Positions 28,803 to 37,811 of a DNA stretch of 64,000 nt are shown in pieces (positions within the stretch are counted from its first letter, which is position 1; every line of letters starts with the position of its first letter). Under the pieces are notes generated by a model, which saw only the letters and a program-made list of their open reading frames with translations, ran no database searches and was not told the DNA's origin. Both the position numbers and the translations under genes were made by a program. The DNA comes from an uncultured Flavobacteriales bacterium (GTDB lineage Bacteria; Bacteroidota; Bacteroidia; Flavobacteriales; BACL11), in assembly GCA_905478555.1 (NCBI GenBank), contig CAJQIZ010000011.1, positions 6,279-70,278 on the forward strand. The letters run 5' to 3'.

Positions 28803-29237
28803 ATGAAAGTAAAAGTAGTTAATAAATCAAAACACGAATTACCTCATTATTCCACAATAGCTTCTGCTGGTATGGATTTAAGAGCAAATATTAATGAATC
28901 AATAACATTAAAACCACTAGAAAGAACCATTGTAAAAACAGGAATATTTATGGAGCTTCCTGTAGGATACGAAGCTCAAGTACGACCTAGAAGTGGGTTA
29001 GCTTTTAAGAAAGGAGTTACTGTTTTAAACTCACCAGGTACAGTTGATGCAGATTACAGAGGTGAGGTTGGGGTTATATTAGTGAACCTTTCTTCTGAGG
29101 AGTTTATAATTGAAGATGGAGAGAGAATTGCTCAAATGGTAATTGCTAAACATGAGCAAGCTAATTGGATAGAGGTAGATATATTAGATGAAACAGAAAG
29201 AGGTTCACGAGGATTTGGAAGTACAGGAGTAAAATAA
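28803..29237 (+). CDS. dut: dUTP diphosphatase
   Basis: 144 aa. [25 protein letters not shown] and FGSTG motifs. Confidence 0.93.
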   Translation: MKVKVVNKSKHELPHYSTIASAGMDLRANINESITLKPLERTIVKTGIFMELPVGYEAQVRPRSGLAFKKGVTVLNSPGTVDADYRGEVGVILVNLSSEEFIIEDGERIAQMVIAKHEQANWIEVDILDETERGSRGFGSTGVK

Positions 29238-29247
29238 AAAATAAAAG

Positions 29248-30249
29248 ATGAAAATAATTGTACCAATGGCTGGGAGAGGGTCCCGATTAAGACCACACAC
29301 ATTAACTATTCCAAAACCACTTATTCCAGTTGCAGGAAAAGCAATTGTACAAAGATTAGTGGAGGATATTGTAAAAGTTTGTGGTCAGGAAGTAGATGAA
29401 ATTGCATTTGTAATTGGAGATTTCGGAAAAGAAGTAGAAGAAAGTTTAGTAAAGGTTGCTGAAGGTTTGGGAGCAAAAGGAAGTATATATCATCAAAATG
29501 AACCTTTAGGTACAGCACATGCTATTTTGTGTGCAAAAGACTCTTTAAAGGGTAATTGTGTCGTTGCATTTGCAGATACCTTATTTAAAGCTGACTTTAC
29601 TTTAGATAACACAAAAGATGGAATTATCTGGGTAAGTCAGATTGATGATCCATCTGCATTTGGAGTGGTTAAATTAAATGAAGAAAATATAATTATTGAT
29701 TTTGTAGAAAAACCAGAGACTTTCGTTTCTGATTTAGCGATAATTGGTATTTATTATTTTAAAGATGGAAATAATTTAAAAAATGAATTGCAGTATTTAT
29801 TAGATAATGACATTAAAGATAAAGGGGAATATCAACTTACAAATGCTCTTGAAAATATGAAAAATAAAGGAATTAATTTTTCTCCTGGTGAAGTAGAAGA
29901 GTGGTTAGATTGTGGCAATAAGAATGCTACTGTTTATACTAACGAAAGAGTTTTAGAACATAATGGTAATATTATTTCAGCTACTGCAGTTATAGAAAAT
30001 TCGGAGATAATTGAACCTTGTTTTATTGGTGAAGATGTGGTTATTAAAAATTCTACATTAGGGCCTCATGTTGCAATTGGAAACAATACTTCAGTAGAAA
30101 ATAGCGTTATTACAAAGTCTATTATTCAGAATGAAACACAGATTATAGATGCTAAAATTAATAATTCTATGATTGGAAATAAAGTAAGTTTTAATGGAAA
30201 TAATACCCAACAAGAAATTAGTATCGGTGATTTCTCTGAAGTAAAATAA
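29248..30249 (+). CDS. sugar-phosphate nucleotidyltransferase with C-terminal left-handed beta-helix
   Basis: MAGRGSRLRPHTLTIPKPLIPVAGK N-terminal NTP-transferase motif. Hexapeptide-like repeats in the C-terminal third. Confidence 0.75.
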   Translation: MKIIVPMAGRGSRLRPHTLTIPKPLIPVAGKAIVQRLVEDIVKVCGQEVDEIAFVIGDFGKEVEESLVKVAEGLGAKGSIYHQNEPLGTAHAILCAKDSLKGNCVVAFADTLFKADFTLDNTKDGIIWVSQIDDPSAFGVVKLNEENIIIDFVEKPETFVSDLAIIGIYYFKDGNNLKNELQYLLDNDIKDKGEYQLTNALENMKNKGINFSPGEVEEWLDCGNKNATVYTNERVLEHNGNIISATAVIENSEIIEPCFIGEDVVIKNSTLGPHVAIGNNTSVENSVITKSIIQNETQIIDAKINNSMIGNKVSFNGNNTQQEISIGDFSEVK

Positions 30250-31958
30250 TGAACAGAATACTAATCATATTTATAAATTTGTTTTTTGTTTTCGCTCATG
30301 TAGAAGCACAACAAAAATCATTTTATCCTGAAGGAACAAAAAATAATAACTCCTCTTCTAAAAATAAAGAAGTTGAAAATAATAAGGATGAATATCAGTA
30401 TAAGTCTTTTTATTATTCTGCAATAAAAGAGAAGTCATTAGAGAATTTTGATAAAGCGGTAAAGTACTTTGAAAAATGTATAAAACTAAATCCTTTAGAG
30501 TCCGCTCCTTATTACGAAATAGCACAGATTTATATAAAAACCCAACCTTCTGAGGGGGTGAAGTACGCTAAAAAAGCTTACGAATTTGATTCAGATAATA
30601 AATGGTATGCTCTTTTTTATGCTGAAAATCTATTTCTAAACAAAGATTATTATAACTCTATAAAGGTGTATAAATCACTTATAAGTAAAGATAAGGATCA
30701 AGAGGATTATTATCTAGAATTAGCTAAAATATACCTCTATGATAACAATTTAAAAGCAGCTATTTCTACATATAATAATTTAGAAAAAATTAAAGGGTTA
30801 AATCATTACACTTCCGTTCAGAAACATAAGATTTATTCAGAGTTGAAAGACTTTAAAAAAGCTGCAAAAGAGATAACACTTCTATTAGTGGAATTTCCGT
30901 ATGATGTAGATCTTTATGAAATGTTATCTGATTGTTATATTTTAGAAGGGGATTTAGACAAAGCGTTTGATGTATTAAAAACACTCTCAAACCTTAAACC
31001 CAACTCTGCATCGGTGCACTTTACATTATCAGATTTTTATCTTCAAAAAGGTGATTTAGTGCAATATGAAGAAGAATTGAAACTGGCCTTTGATTCAGAT
31101 TACATTGATGCTCAACAAAAGATTAGAAAATTTACAACTATTCTTACCCCAATTTATGAAAATGATTTTACTCAGTTTAACTTTGCTTTAGACCTTTGTG
31201 AAATTCTTTATAAACATCATTCTGATGATGATATGGTTAACTATATTTATGCAGATTTACTTAAGGTAGATCAACAGTTAGAAAGATCAGTTTTTCATTA
31301 TAAAAATGTAGTTAGAATAAATCCAAATCAGAAAGATGCTTGGCAAGAATTATTATTTTCTTTGTTAAGTTTAAATAATCTAGATACCCTTGTTTTGTAT
31401 TCAGAATCTGCTTTAGAACTCTACCCTACTAATCCCATTTTCTATTATTTAAATAGTTTAGCTTATTACTATACTGATAATTATTTAAAATCTATAGAAT
31501 CTGTTCTGATTGGTGTTAATTTTATTGTGAATAATACCAACCTTTCTTCTGAAATGTATGCTATATTAGGTAATTCTTACAATGCTATTTCAGATTTTAA
31601 AAATTCAGATGAATCGTATGAAAAAGCGTTAGAGTTTAGCCCTAACAATGTTCAGGTTTTAAATAATTATGCGTATTATCTATCTCTGAGAGCTGAAAAC
31701 TTAGAGAAAGCAAAACAGATGTCTGCTAAAACAATAGAAATGTTTCCTGATGAAGCAAATTACTACGATACCTATGCTTGGATTTTGTATAAAATGAAAG
31801 ATTATAAGGAAGCTAAAATTTGGATGCAAAAAGCACTTGATATTAGTGAGTCACAAACCTTCTACGATCACATGGTAGATATATTAACTGAATTAGGAGA
31901 GTTAGAAGAAGCGAAATTATATAGGGTTATACAACCCATAGACGAAGATAATGAATAA
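30249..31958 (+). CDS. secreted TPR-repeat protein
   Basis: 569 aa. Signal peptide and many TPR-like A..Y/F..A helical pairs. Confidence 0.6.
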   Translation: MNRILIIFINLFFVFAHVEAQQKSFYPEGTKNNNSSSKNKEVENNKDEYQYKSFYYSAIKEKSLENFDKAVKYFEKCIKLNPLESAPYYEIAQIYIKTQPSEGVKYAKKAYEFDSDNKWYALFYAENLFLNKDYYNSIKVYKSLISKDKDQEDYYLELAKIYLYDNNLKAAISTYNNLEKIKGLNHYTSVQKHKIYSELKDFKKAAKEITLLLVEFPYDVDLYEMLSDCYILEGDLDKAFDVLKTLSNLKPNSASVHFTLSDFYLQKGDLVQYEEELKLAFDSDYIDAQQKIRKFTTILTPIYENDFTQFNFALDLCEILYKHHSDDDMVNYIYADLLKVDQQLERSVFHYKNVVRINPNQKDAWQELLFSLLSLNNLDTLVLYSESALELYPTNPIFYYLNSLAYYYTDNYLKSIESVLIGVNFIVNNTNLSSEMYAILGNSYNAISDFKNSDESYEKALEFSPNNVQVLNNYAYYLSLRAENLEKAKQMSAKTIEMFPDEANYYDTYAWILYKMKDYKEAKIWMQKALDISESQTFYDHMVDILTELGELEEAKLYRVIQPIDEDNE

Positions 31959-32706
31959 AAATATTTTCATATTAATTATTTTGGTGTTTACTTTCTCTTC
32001 ATGTGATTTAATAAAGAAGAATACTATTCAAGAAAGTTATAGTTCAAGTCCTGTAAATACAAAAGAATTAATAGAGAAAGTTAATTCAGAGAATATTTCT
32101 CCAGAATGGATTTCTTTAAATGCAAAAATTGATATTAATCAGGAGGATATCAACACACAACTAAGTGCTCAAATTAGAGTAAAAAAAGATAGTTTAATTT
32201 GGGTTTCTTTAAAAGCTCCCCTTGGAATTGAAATATTGAGGGCTATTATTACCCCTGATTCTGTGTATTTTATGAATAGATTAAATAAAACCTATCTTAT
32301 AAAGCCTATTTCCCAACTTAAAGAAGTGATAAAAGCAGATATTAGTTACTCTCAATTACAAGATATTTTATTTGCTTCCCCACAAATACTTAATCAGAAA
32401 TTACAATTTTCGAAAAGTACTAGCTATAATTTAAAATCTAAAAAAGAAAACTATAATATTAATAATATGTTTTTCAGAGTAGAGAAAATGGAGTTAACAG
32501 AATCAGAAGATAAGAGTTTAACAATTAATTTTAATAATTATAAAACTTTTACTGAAATTGACAATCATTTTTTCCCATCTCAACTTTTAGTTAAAGTACT
32601 TTCGAATGAAGTTTTTGATGCAAAAATTAATTACACAAAAATCATGTTCAATAAAAAGTCAAATGTAAGTTTCAATATCTCAAAATCATATGTTAAGATT
32701 AATTAA
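31951..32706 (+). CDS. DUF4292-like lipoprotein (LolB-like fold family, recalled)
   Basis: Lipobox FTFSSC. The KKDSLIWVSLKAPLGIEILRAIITPDSVYFMNR segment resembles DUF4292. Conserved position after the TPR gene. Confidence 0.5.
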   Translation: MNKNIFILIILVFTFSSCDLIKKNTIQESYSSSPVNTKELIEKVNSENISPEWISLNAKIDINQEDINTQLSAQIRVKKDSLIWVSLKAPLGIEILRAIITPDSVYFMNRLNKTYLIKPISQLKEVIKADISYSQLQDILFASPQILNQKLQFSKSTSYNLKSKKENYNINNMFFRVEKMELTESEDKSLTINFNNYKTFTEIDNHFFPSQLLVKVLSNEVFDAKINYTKIMFNKKSNVSFNISKSYVKIN

Positions 32707-33943
32707 ATACCTATTATTATTTTTCTTTGTTTTTTGTGGAATAACTTCATTTTCACAAACAAAAAAAGATCTACAAAAGGAAAAAGAACAAATACAAAAA
32801 GAGATTAACGAAACTAATAAAAAACTGAATAAAGAAAAGACTAAAAAGAACAATGCGTTAAAAGAACTTACTCTTTCTAATCAGAAAATAAAACAACATA
32901 ACCATCTCTTAACTAATATACAACAAACTATTAATATTCAAAATTCAACTATATCTAAAGTTGAGAAAAATATTGAAATACTAAATGTAAGTATTCAAAA
33001 TAAAAAAACAGAATTAGAATTTTCTAAATTGGTTTTATCTAAATTGATTTATCAAACCTATATTTGGAAAAATACATATAATGAAAGTTTTTTTCTTATT
33101 TCATCCTCTAATTTAAATCAGTTATACAAAAGAAAACAGTACTTAAATCAACTTACTGTGCACAGAACTAATCAGATAAATAAAATAAATAAACTCACAG
33201 TAGATTTAAAATTAGAGCAACATCTTTTAATAGTAAAAAAAGCTACTTTATTAGATGAGAAATTAAATCAGGAACAACTGTTGCTAGTTAATAAATTAGA
33301 AAGTAAAAACCTACAATCTGAAAAAAATAAGAATTCATTAATTGTAAATAAGATAAAGCAAAACGAACAGTTTTATAGAATAGAGTTGACAAATAAAAAA
33401 ATAGAATCGAAAGCGGTTGACGATCAGATAAAAAAGATTATTGAAGAGGAAATTAGAAAAGCTAGAGTGGAGGCAGAAAAAAATAATAACGGATCGCCAC
33501 TTACTCCTGAATCTATTGAATTATCATCTAATTTTACATCTAATAAGGGGAAACTACCTTGGCCTTTATCAAAAGGAGTTATTACAGAAAAATATGGTAT
33601 TAAAAAACATCAAGCTATATCTGGTGTAGAAACTAAAAATAATGGAATTAATTTTAGTACAGATGAGGGAGAGATGGTTAGAGTTGTATTTGACGGTATT
33701 GTTTCCAGAATATTTTTTATTAAAGGAAAAGGGAAAGCTATTTTAGTAAATCATGGTAGTTATTTTACGGTTTATTCCGGACTTAAAGACGTTATTGTAC
33801 AAACTGGAGAAAAAGTGTTTGCTAAACAAACTTTAGGTACTATTGTAACTTCAGAAACTAGTGGTGATAGCGAACTGCACTTTGAAATTTGGAAAGGGAA
33901 AGAAACTCAAAATCCAGTTAAATGGCTTTACAAGGCGAATTAA
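32690..33943 (+). CDS. coiled-coil M23/LytM peptidase (EnvC-like murein hydrolase activator)
   Basis: 417 aa. Signal peptide, ~250 aa of heptad-like K/E/Q/N-rich coiled coil, and a C-terminal LytM domain (GINF...VNHGSYFTVYSGL...LHFEIW). Confidence 0.75.
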   Translation: MLRLIKYLLLFFFVFCGITSFSQTKKDLQKEKEQIQKEINETNKKLNKEKTKKNNALKELTLSNQKIKQHNHLLTNIQQTINIQNSTISKVEKNIEILNVSIQNKKTELEFSKLVLSKLIYQTYIWKNTYNESFFLISSSNLNQLYKRKQYLNQLTVHRTNQINKINKLTVDLKLEQHLLIVKKATLLDEKLNQEQLLLVNKLESKNLQSEKNKNSLIVNKIKQNEQFYRIELTNKKIESKAVDDQIKKIIEEEIRKARVEAEKNNNGSPLTPESIELSSNFTSNKGKLPWPLSKGVITEKYGIKKHQAISGVETKNNGINFSTDEGEMVRVVFDGIVSRIFFIKGKGKAILVNHGSYFTVYSGLKDVIVQTGEKVFAKQTLGTIVTSETSGDSELHFEIWKGKETQNPVKWLYKAN

Positions 33944-33956
33944 AATAAATTTATCA

Positions 33957-33964
33957 TAAATTTG
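33957..33964 (+). promoter_or_regulatory. -7 box TAAATTTG, 16 nt upstream of tatA
   Basis: Exact TAnnTTTG match. Confidence 0.4.
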
Positions 33965-33980
33965 CTAAAAATTTAAAACT

Positions 33981-34166
33981 ATGGAACCAACATTATTGAT
34001 AGGACTTCCCGGAGGGCCAGAATTATTTATTATCCTTGCAATAGTATTACTTTTATTTGGTGGTAAGAAACTACCAGGATTAATGAAGGGTATCGGTAAG
34101 GGTATTAAAGAATTTAAAGATGCTAAGAAGGATGTTAGCAATGAATTAGAAGATAAGGACCAATAA
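33981..34166 (+). CDS. tatA: twin-arginine translocase subunit TatA/E
   Basis: 61 aa. [22 protein letters not shown] followed by an amphipathic helix GKGIKEFK. Confidence 0.88.
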   Translation: MEPTLLIGLPGGPELFIILAIVLLLFGGKKLPGLMKGIGKGIKEFKDAKKDVSNELEDKDQ

Positions 34167-34189
34167 TTAATCTTTTATAATCCCCTAAT

Positions 34190-35620
34190 TTGAACTCTTA
34201 TACCTCTTTTAAAGATACGCAAATTGCGTTAAAAAATGGTAAAACTACTTGCGTAAAAATTGTAGAAAATTATTTAAAAAATATTTCCGAAAAGAATTCT
34301 GATATAAATGCTTTTATTGAAGTATTTTCAGATGAAGCTTTAGAAAGAGCAAAGCAAATTGATCTTAAAATATCGGAAGGAACATCCTCTAAATTAGCGG
34401 GTTTTGTTTTAGGGATTAAAGATAATATCTGTATAAAGGACCATAAAGTTTCCGCCTCTTCTAAAATATTACAAGGTTTTACTTCCCTCTATTCCGCGAC
34501 AGTTATTGAAAGACTTTTAAGTGAAGATGCGATAATTATTGGTAGGTTAAATTGTGATGAATTCGCTATGGGTAGTGGAAATGAAAACTCAGTGTATGGT
34601 TCGGTAAGAAACCCTTTAGATATGACTAAAGTGCCTGGGGGTTCTTCTGGGGGTTCTGCAGCTGCAGTTGTTGCAAACATGTGTTTAGCTACCTTAGGTA
34701 GTGACACAGGAGGGTCTATTAGACAGCCTGCCTCATTTTGTGGTCTTGTTGGTTTAAAACCTACTTATTCTCGTGTTTCAAGACATGGATTAATTGCTTA
34801 CGCTTCTTCTTTTGATCAGATTGGTCCTTTGACTAATACCGTAGAAGACACAGCTTTATTATTAGAAGTTATTGCTGGAAAAGATAAAATGGATAGCACT
34901 TCATCTTCTGTTCAAGTAGATGACTATTCTAGTTTCATAAAACCTGTTAAAAGGAAAATTGCAGTTTTAAAAGACTGTTTAGAAAGAGAAGGTTTAGATG
35001 TGGAGGTAAAACAGAAACTAGAAAGTACAATTCAACAGTTACAAGATGATGGACATGAAATAACTTATGTTTCCTTTCCATATTTAGATTTCTTAGTTCC
35101 AACCTATTATGTTCTAACTACTGCAGAAGCGTCTTCTAATTTAGCAAGATTTGACGGAGTACATTATGGTTATAGAATAGAAAATCCTGAAAATTTAGAA
35201 GATACTTATATTGATTCTAGAACTACTGCTTTTGGTGATGAGGTAAAAAGAAGAATTATGTTAGGTACATTTGTTTTAAGTGCTGGCTATAATGACGAGT
35301 ATTATAAAAAAGCACAACAAGTAAGAAGAATTGTTCAAAATAAAACAGACGAATTATTAAAAGATTTCGATTTTATTCTTTCTCCAACTAGTCCTCATAC
35401 TGCTTTCGAGATTGGAAAAAAGAAAGTAGACCCCACGGTTATGTACCTGGAAGATATCTTTACTGTACATGCTAATATTAGTGGAAATCCAGCTATATCA
35501 ATTCCTTTATACACTCATTCTAATGGGCTACCTTTTGGTTTACAACTTTTATCTAAAGATTTTACAGAGAAAGATTTACTTTCTTTCTCTTCTGAGATAA
35601 TGAAAAACTTTTCAGAATAA
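34190..35620 (+). CDS. gatA: Asp-tRNA(Asn)/Glu-tRNA(Gln) amidotransferase subunit A
   Basis: 476 aa. Amidase signature GGSSGGSAAAV...GSDTGGSIRQPA. TTG start as in the track. Confidence 0.9.
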   Translation: MNSYTSFKDTQIALKNGKTTCVKIVENYLKNISEKNSDINAFIEVFSDEALERAKQIDLKISEGTSSKLAGFVLGIKDNICIKDHKVSASSKILQGFTSLYSATVIERLLSEDAIIIGRLNCDEFAMGSGNENSVYGSVRNPLDMTKVPGGSSGGSAAAVVANMCLATLGSDTGGSIRQPASFCGLVGLKPTYSRVSRHGLIAYASSFDQIGPLTNTVEDTALLLEVIAGKDKMDSTSSSVQVDDYSSFIKPVKRKIAVLKDCLEREGLDVEVKQKLESTIQQLQDDGHEITYVSFPYLDFLVPTYYVLTTAEASSNLARFDGVHYGYRIENPENLEDTYIDSRTTAFGDEVKRRIMLGTFVLSAGYNDEYYKKAQQVRRIVQNKTDELLKDFDFILSPTSPHTAFEIGKKKVDPTVMYLEDIFTVHANISGNPAISIPLYTHSNGLPFGLQLLSKDFTEKDLLSFSSEIMKNFSE

Positions 35621-35695
35621 GGTAGTTAATAAAAGCTGTAAAGCTATTTTTATTTTAACTCTCTATTTCTTTTTTTTTCTCAAATTTGTAACTTT

Positions 35696-36901
35696 ATGAA
35701 TAAGCAAATTATTTTCTTCTTATTATCTGTTTTTAGTTTTATGCAAATCTCTGCTCAAACAGATACTATTATTATTAATGTTATTCCTGATTCTACTTTA
35801 GTAGATTTTTCTAAAACCATTGAACCACCTTCTCAAGTTGTAATTATTAAGGAGGTTAGCCCTACTGTAATTGATAAATCTCTTTCTGAAAAAGAAAAAA
35901 TAATTGCTAAAAGAATGTATCTTTTAGATCAATCCTCTCCTATGGATTTTACCTTTAATGATATAACTTCTTTTTATATTGATAGATACTTAACTAGGGA
36001 TGTAAAGTTAGTTAGTAGAATGTTAGGTATTTCTTCTTTATATTTTCCAATGATGGAACAGCAATTAGATCGTTTTCAAATTCCCTTAGAGTTAAAATAT
36101 TTAGCTATTGTAGAATCCGCATTAAACCCTAAAGCTAGAAGTAGGTCGGGAGCTACTGGATTATGGCAATTTATGTACGCTACAGGAAAAGAGTATAATT
36201 TAAATGTAACTTCCTATATTGATGAAAGACAAAATCCCTTAAAATCTACTATTGCAGCATGTGAGTATTTTAAGGTTTTATATTCTATTTTTGGTGATTG
36301 GAATCTTGTTTTAGCGGCATATAATGGTGGTCCTGGATATTTAAAAAGAGTAATGGCTAAAACTGAACTTTCTGATTATTGGGATTTAAGACCTCATTTG
36401 AGAAAAGAAACACAAGGTTATGTTCCTAAATTTATTGCTCTTACTTATGTTATGACATTTTATAAAGAGCATAATATTGAGGTATTCGATTCTAACATTA
36501 AGATAAATGAAAGGGACACCTTCTCTTTTCAGCAACAAGTACCTTATTATTTACTTTCGGATATGTTTTGTGTAGATGTTGAGATATTAAATTATTTAAA
36601 CCCCTCTTTTAAAAGTGAATTACTACCTAAAGGTGATGTTATTTGTTTGCCAAAAGAGGTTACTATGGATATTGTTGTAAATGAGAATCATTTCTATGAT
36701 TACCTGTTAAAGGTGGAAAGTAAGGAAATTCTTGTTAATGAAATCCGATTAGTATATATTGTTAAAAAGGGAGATTATTTGGGGAAAATATCGAAACAGT
36801 ACAAGTTGAGTATTTCAGAGATTAAAAAATGGAACAAACTGCATTCCGATAATCTTTCTATTGGAGATAAATTAATTTTATACATATCAGATGAAAACTA
36901 A
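35696..36901 (+). CDS. lytic transglycosylase (SLT domain) with C-terminal LysM (MltD-like)
   Basis: Signal peptide. SLT motifs ESALNPKARSRSGATGLWQFM and AYNGGPG. C-terminal LysM (YIVKKGDYLGKISKQYKLSISEIKKWNKL). Confidence 0.82.
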   Translation: MNKQIIFFLLSVFSFMQISAQTDTIIINVIPDSTLVDFSKTIEPPSQVVIIKEVSPTVIDKSLSEKEKIIAKRMYLLDQSSPMDFTFNDITSFYIDRYLTRDVKLVSRMLGISSLYFPMMEQQLDRFQIPLELKYLAIVESALNPKARSRSGATGLWQFMYATGKEYNLNVTSYIDERQNPLKSTIAACEYFKVLYSIFGDWNLVLAAYNGGPGYLKRVMAKTELSDYWDLRPHLRKETQGYVPKFIALTYVMTFYKEHNIEVFDSNIKINERDTFSFQQQVPYYLLSDMFCVDVEILNYLNPSFKSELLPKGDVICLPKEVTMDIVVNENHFYDYLLKVESKEILVNEIRLVYIVKKGDYLGKISKQYKLSISEIKKWNKLHSDNLSIGDKLILYISDEN

Positions 36902-37811
36902 ATATTACCTTTCTATTTTTATTTTTTTATTTTTATTCTCTTGTGGAGATTCTACTAATAAGAAGAAAATACTATCAGAGAATACGGGAAGACAAGATGA
37001 GATAATTCTTGTAATGGATGATATATTTTGGGAAGGAGAGGTTGGAGAATTACTAAGAGATATTTTTGAAAGAGAAATATCTGGATTGCCTCAATCTGAA
37101 CAATTCTTTAATTTAGTGCAAATTAATCCCTCTGAGTTTAGTAGGTTTTTTAAAACTCACAAAAATATAATTTTTGTTTCTTTAGATCTAAAAGATTCGT
37201 ATACTAAAAACCAATGGGCAAAAGCACAAATTGTTATGTATTTAAATTGTTCTTCAGTAGATGAGAAATTTAGAAAATCTTGTAATAAGGCATTTAATTT
37301 TATAAATAGAAAAGAGTTAGAGAACCTAAAGTACGCTTACGAAAAAGGTCATAATCCGAAAGCTAGAAAACACATACAGAATCAATTCGGAATTGATTTA
37401 TTTCTTCCTACAGAATACACTATTTCTCACAAGGAAGATAAAGTGTTTATCTCTGACTTTCATTCTTTTAACGAAAATCAAGACTTATTAAAATACATAT
37501 TAGTTTATGAATTTCAACCTACAGGGTTCAATATTCAACAAGAAGTATTATCTTTAACAGACTCGATACTAAAGAAGTATATCTTAGGATCTATAGATGG
37601 GAGTTTTGTTCAAATTGACCACAGAATGTCAGTTGTAGAAAGTGATGGGATATACAGGGGTATTTGGACCTTAAAAAATGGTTTTATGGGTGGTCCTTTT
37701 GTGTTAAAAACAAAATATATAGAGGATAAAATAATAATTTCATTAGGTTTAGTTTTTTATCCTAATGAGAGAAAAAGAAAGCATGTAAGAACTTTTGAAG
37801 CTATTCTTTAA
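36891..37811 (+). CDS. DUF4837-like lipoprotein (recalled family)
   Basis: Lipobox LFLFSC. EIILVMDDIFWEGEVGELLRDIF...GLPQSEQFFNLVQINP resembles flavobacterial DUF4837 proteins as I remember them. Confidence 0.45.
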   Translation: MKTKYYLSIFIFLFLFSCGDSTNKKKILSENTGRQDEIILVMDDIFWEGEVGELLRDIFEREISGLPQSEQFFNLVQINPSEFSRFFKTHKNIIFVSLDLKDSYTKNQWAKAQIVMYLNCSSVDEKFRKSCNKAFNFINRKELENLKYAYEKGHNPKARKHIQNQFGIDLFLPTEYTISHKEDKVFISDFHSFNENQDLLKYILVYEFQPTGFNIQQEVLSLTDSILKKYILGSIDGSFVQIDHRMSVVESDGIYRGIWTLKNGFMGGPFVLKTKYIEDKIIISLGLVFYPNERKRKHVRTFEAIL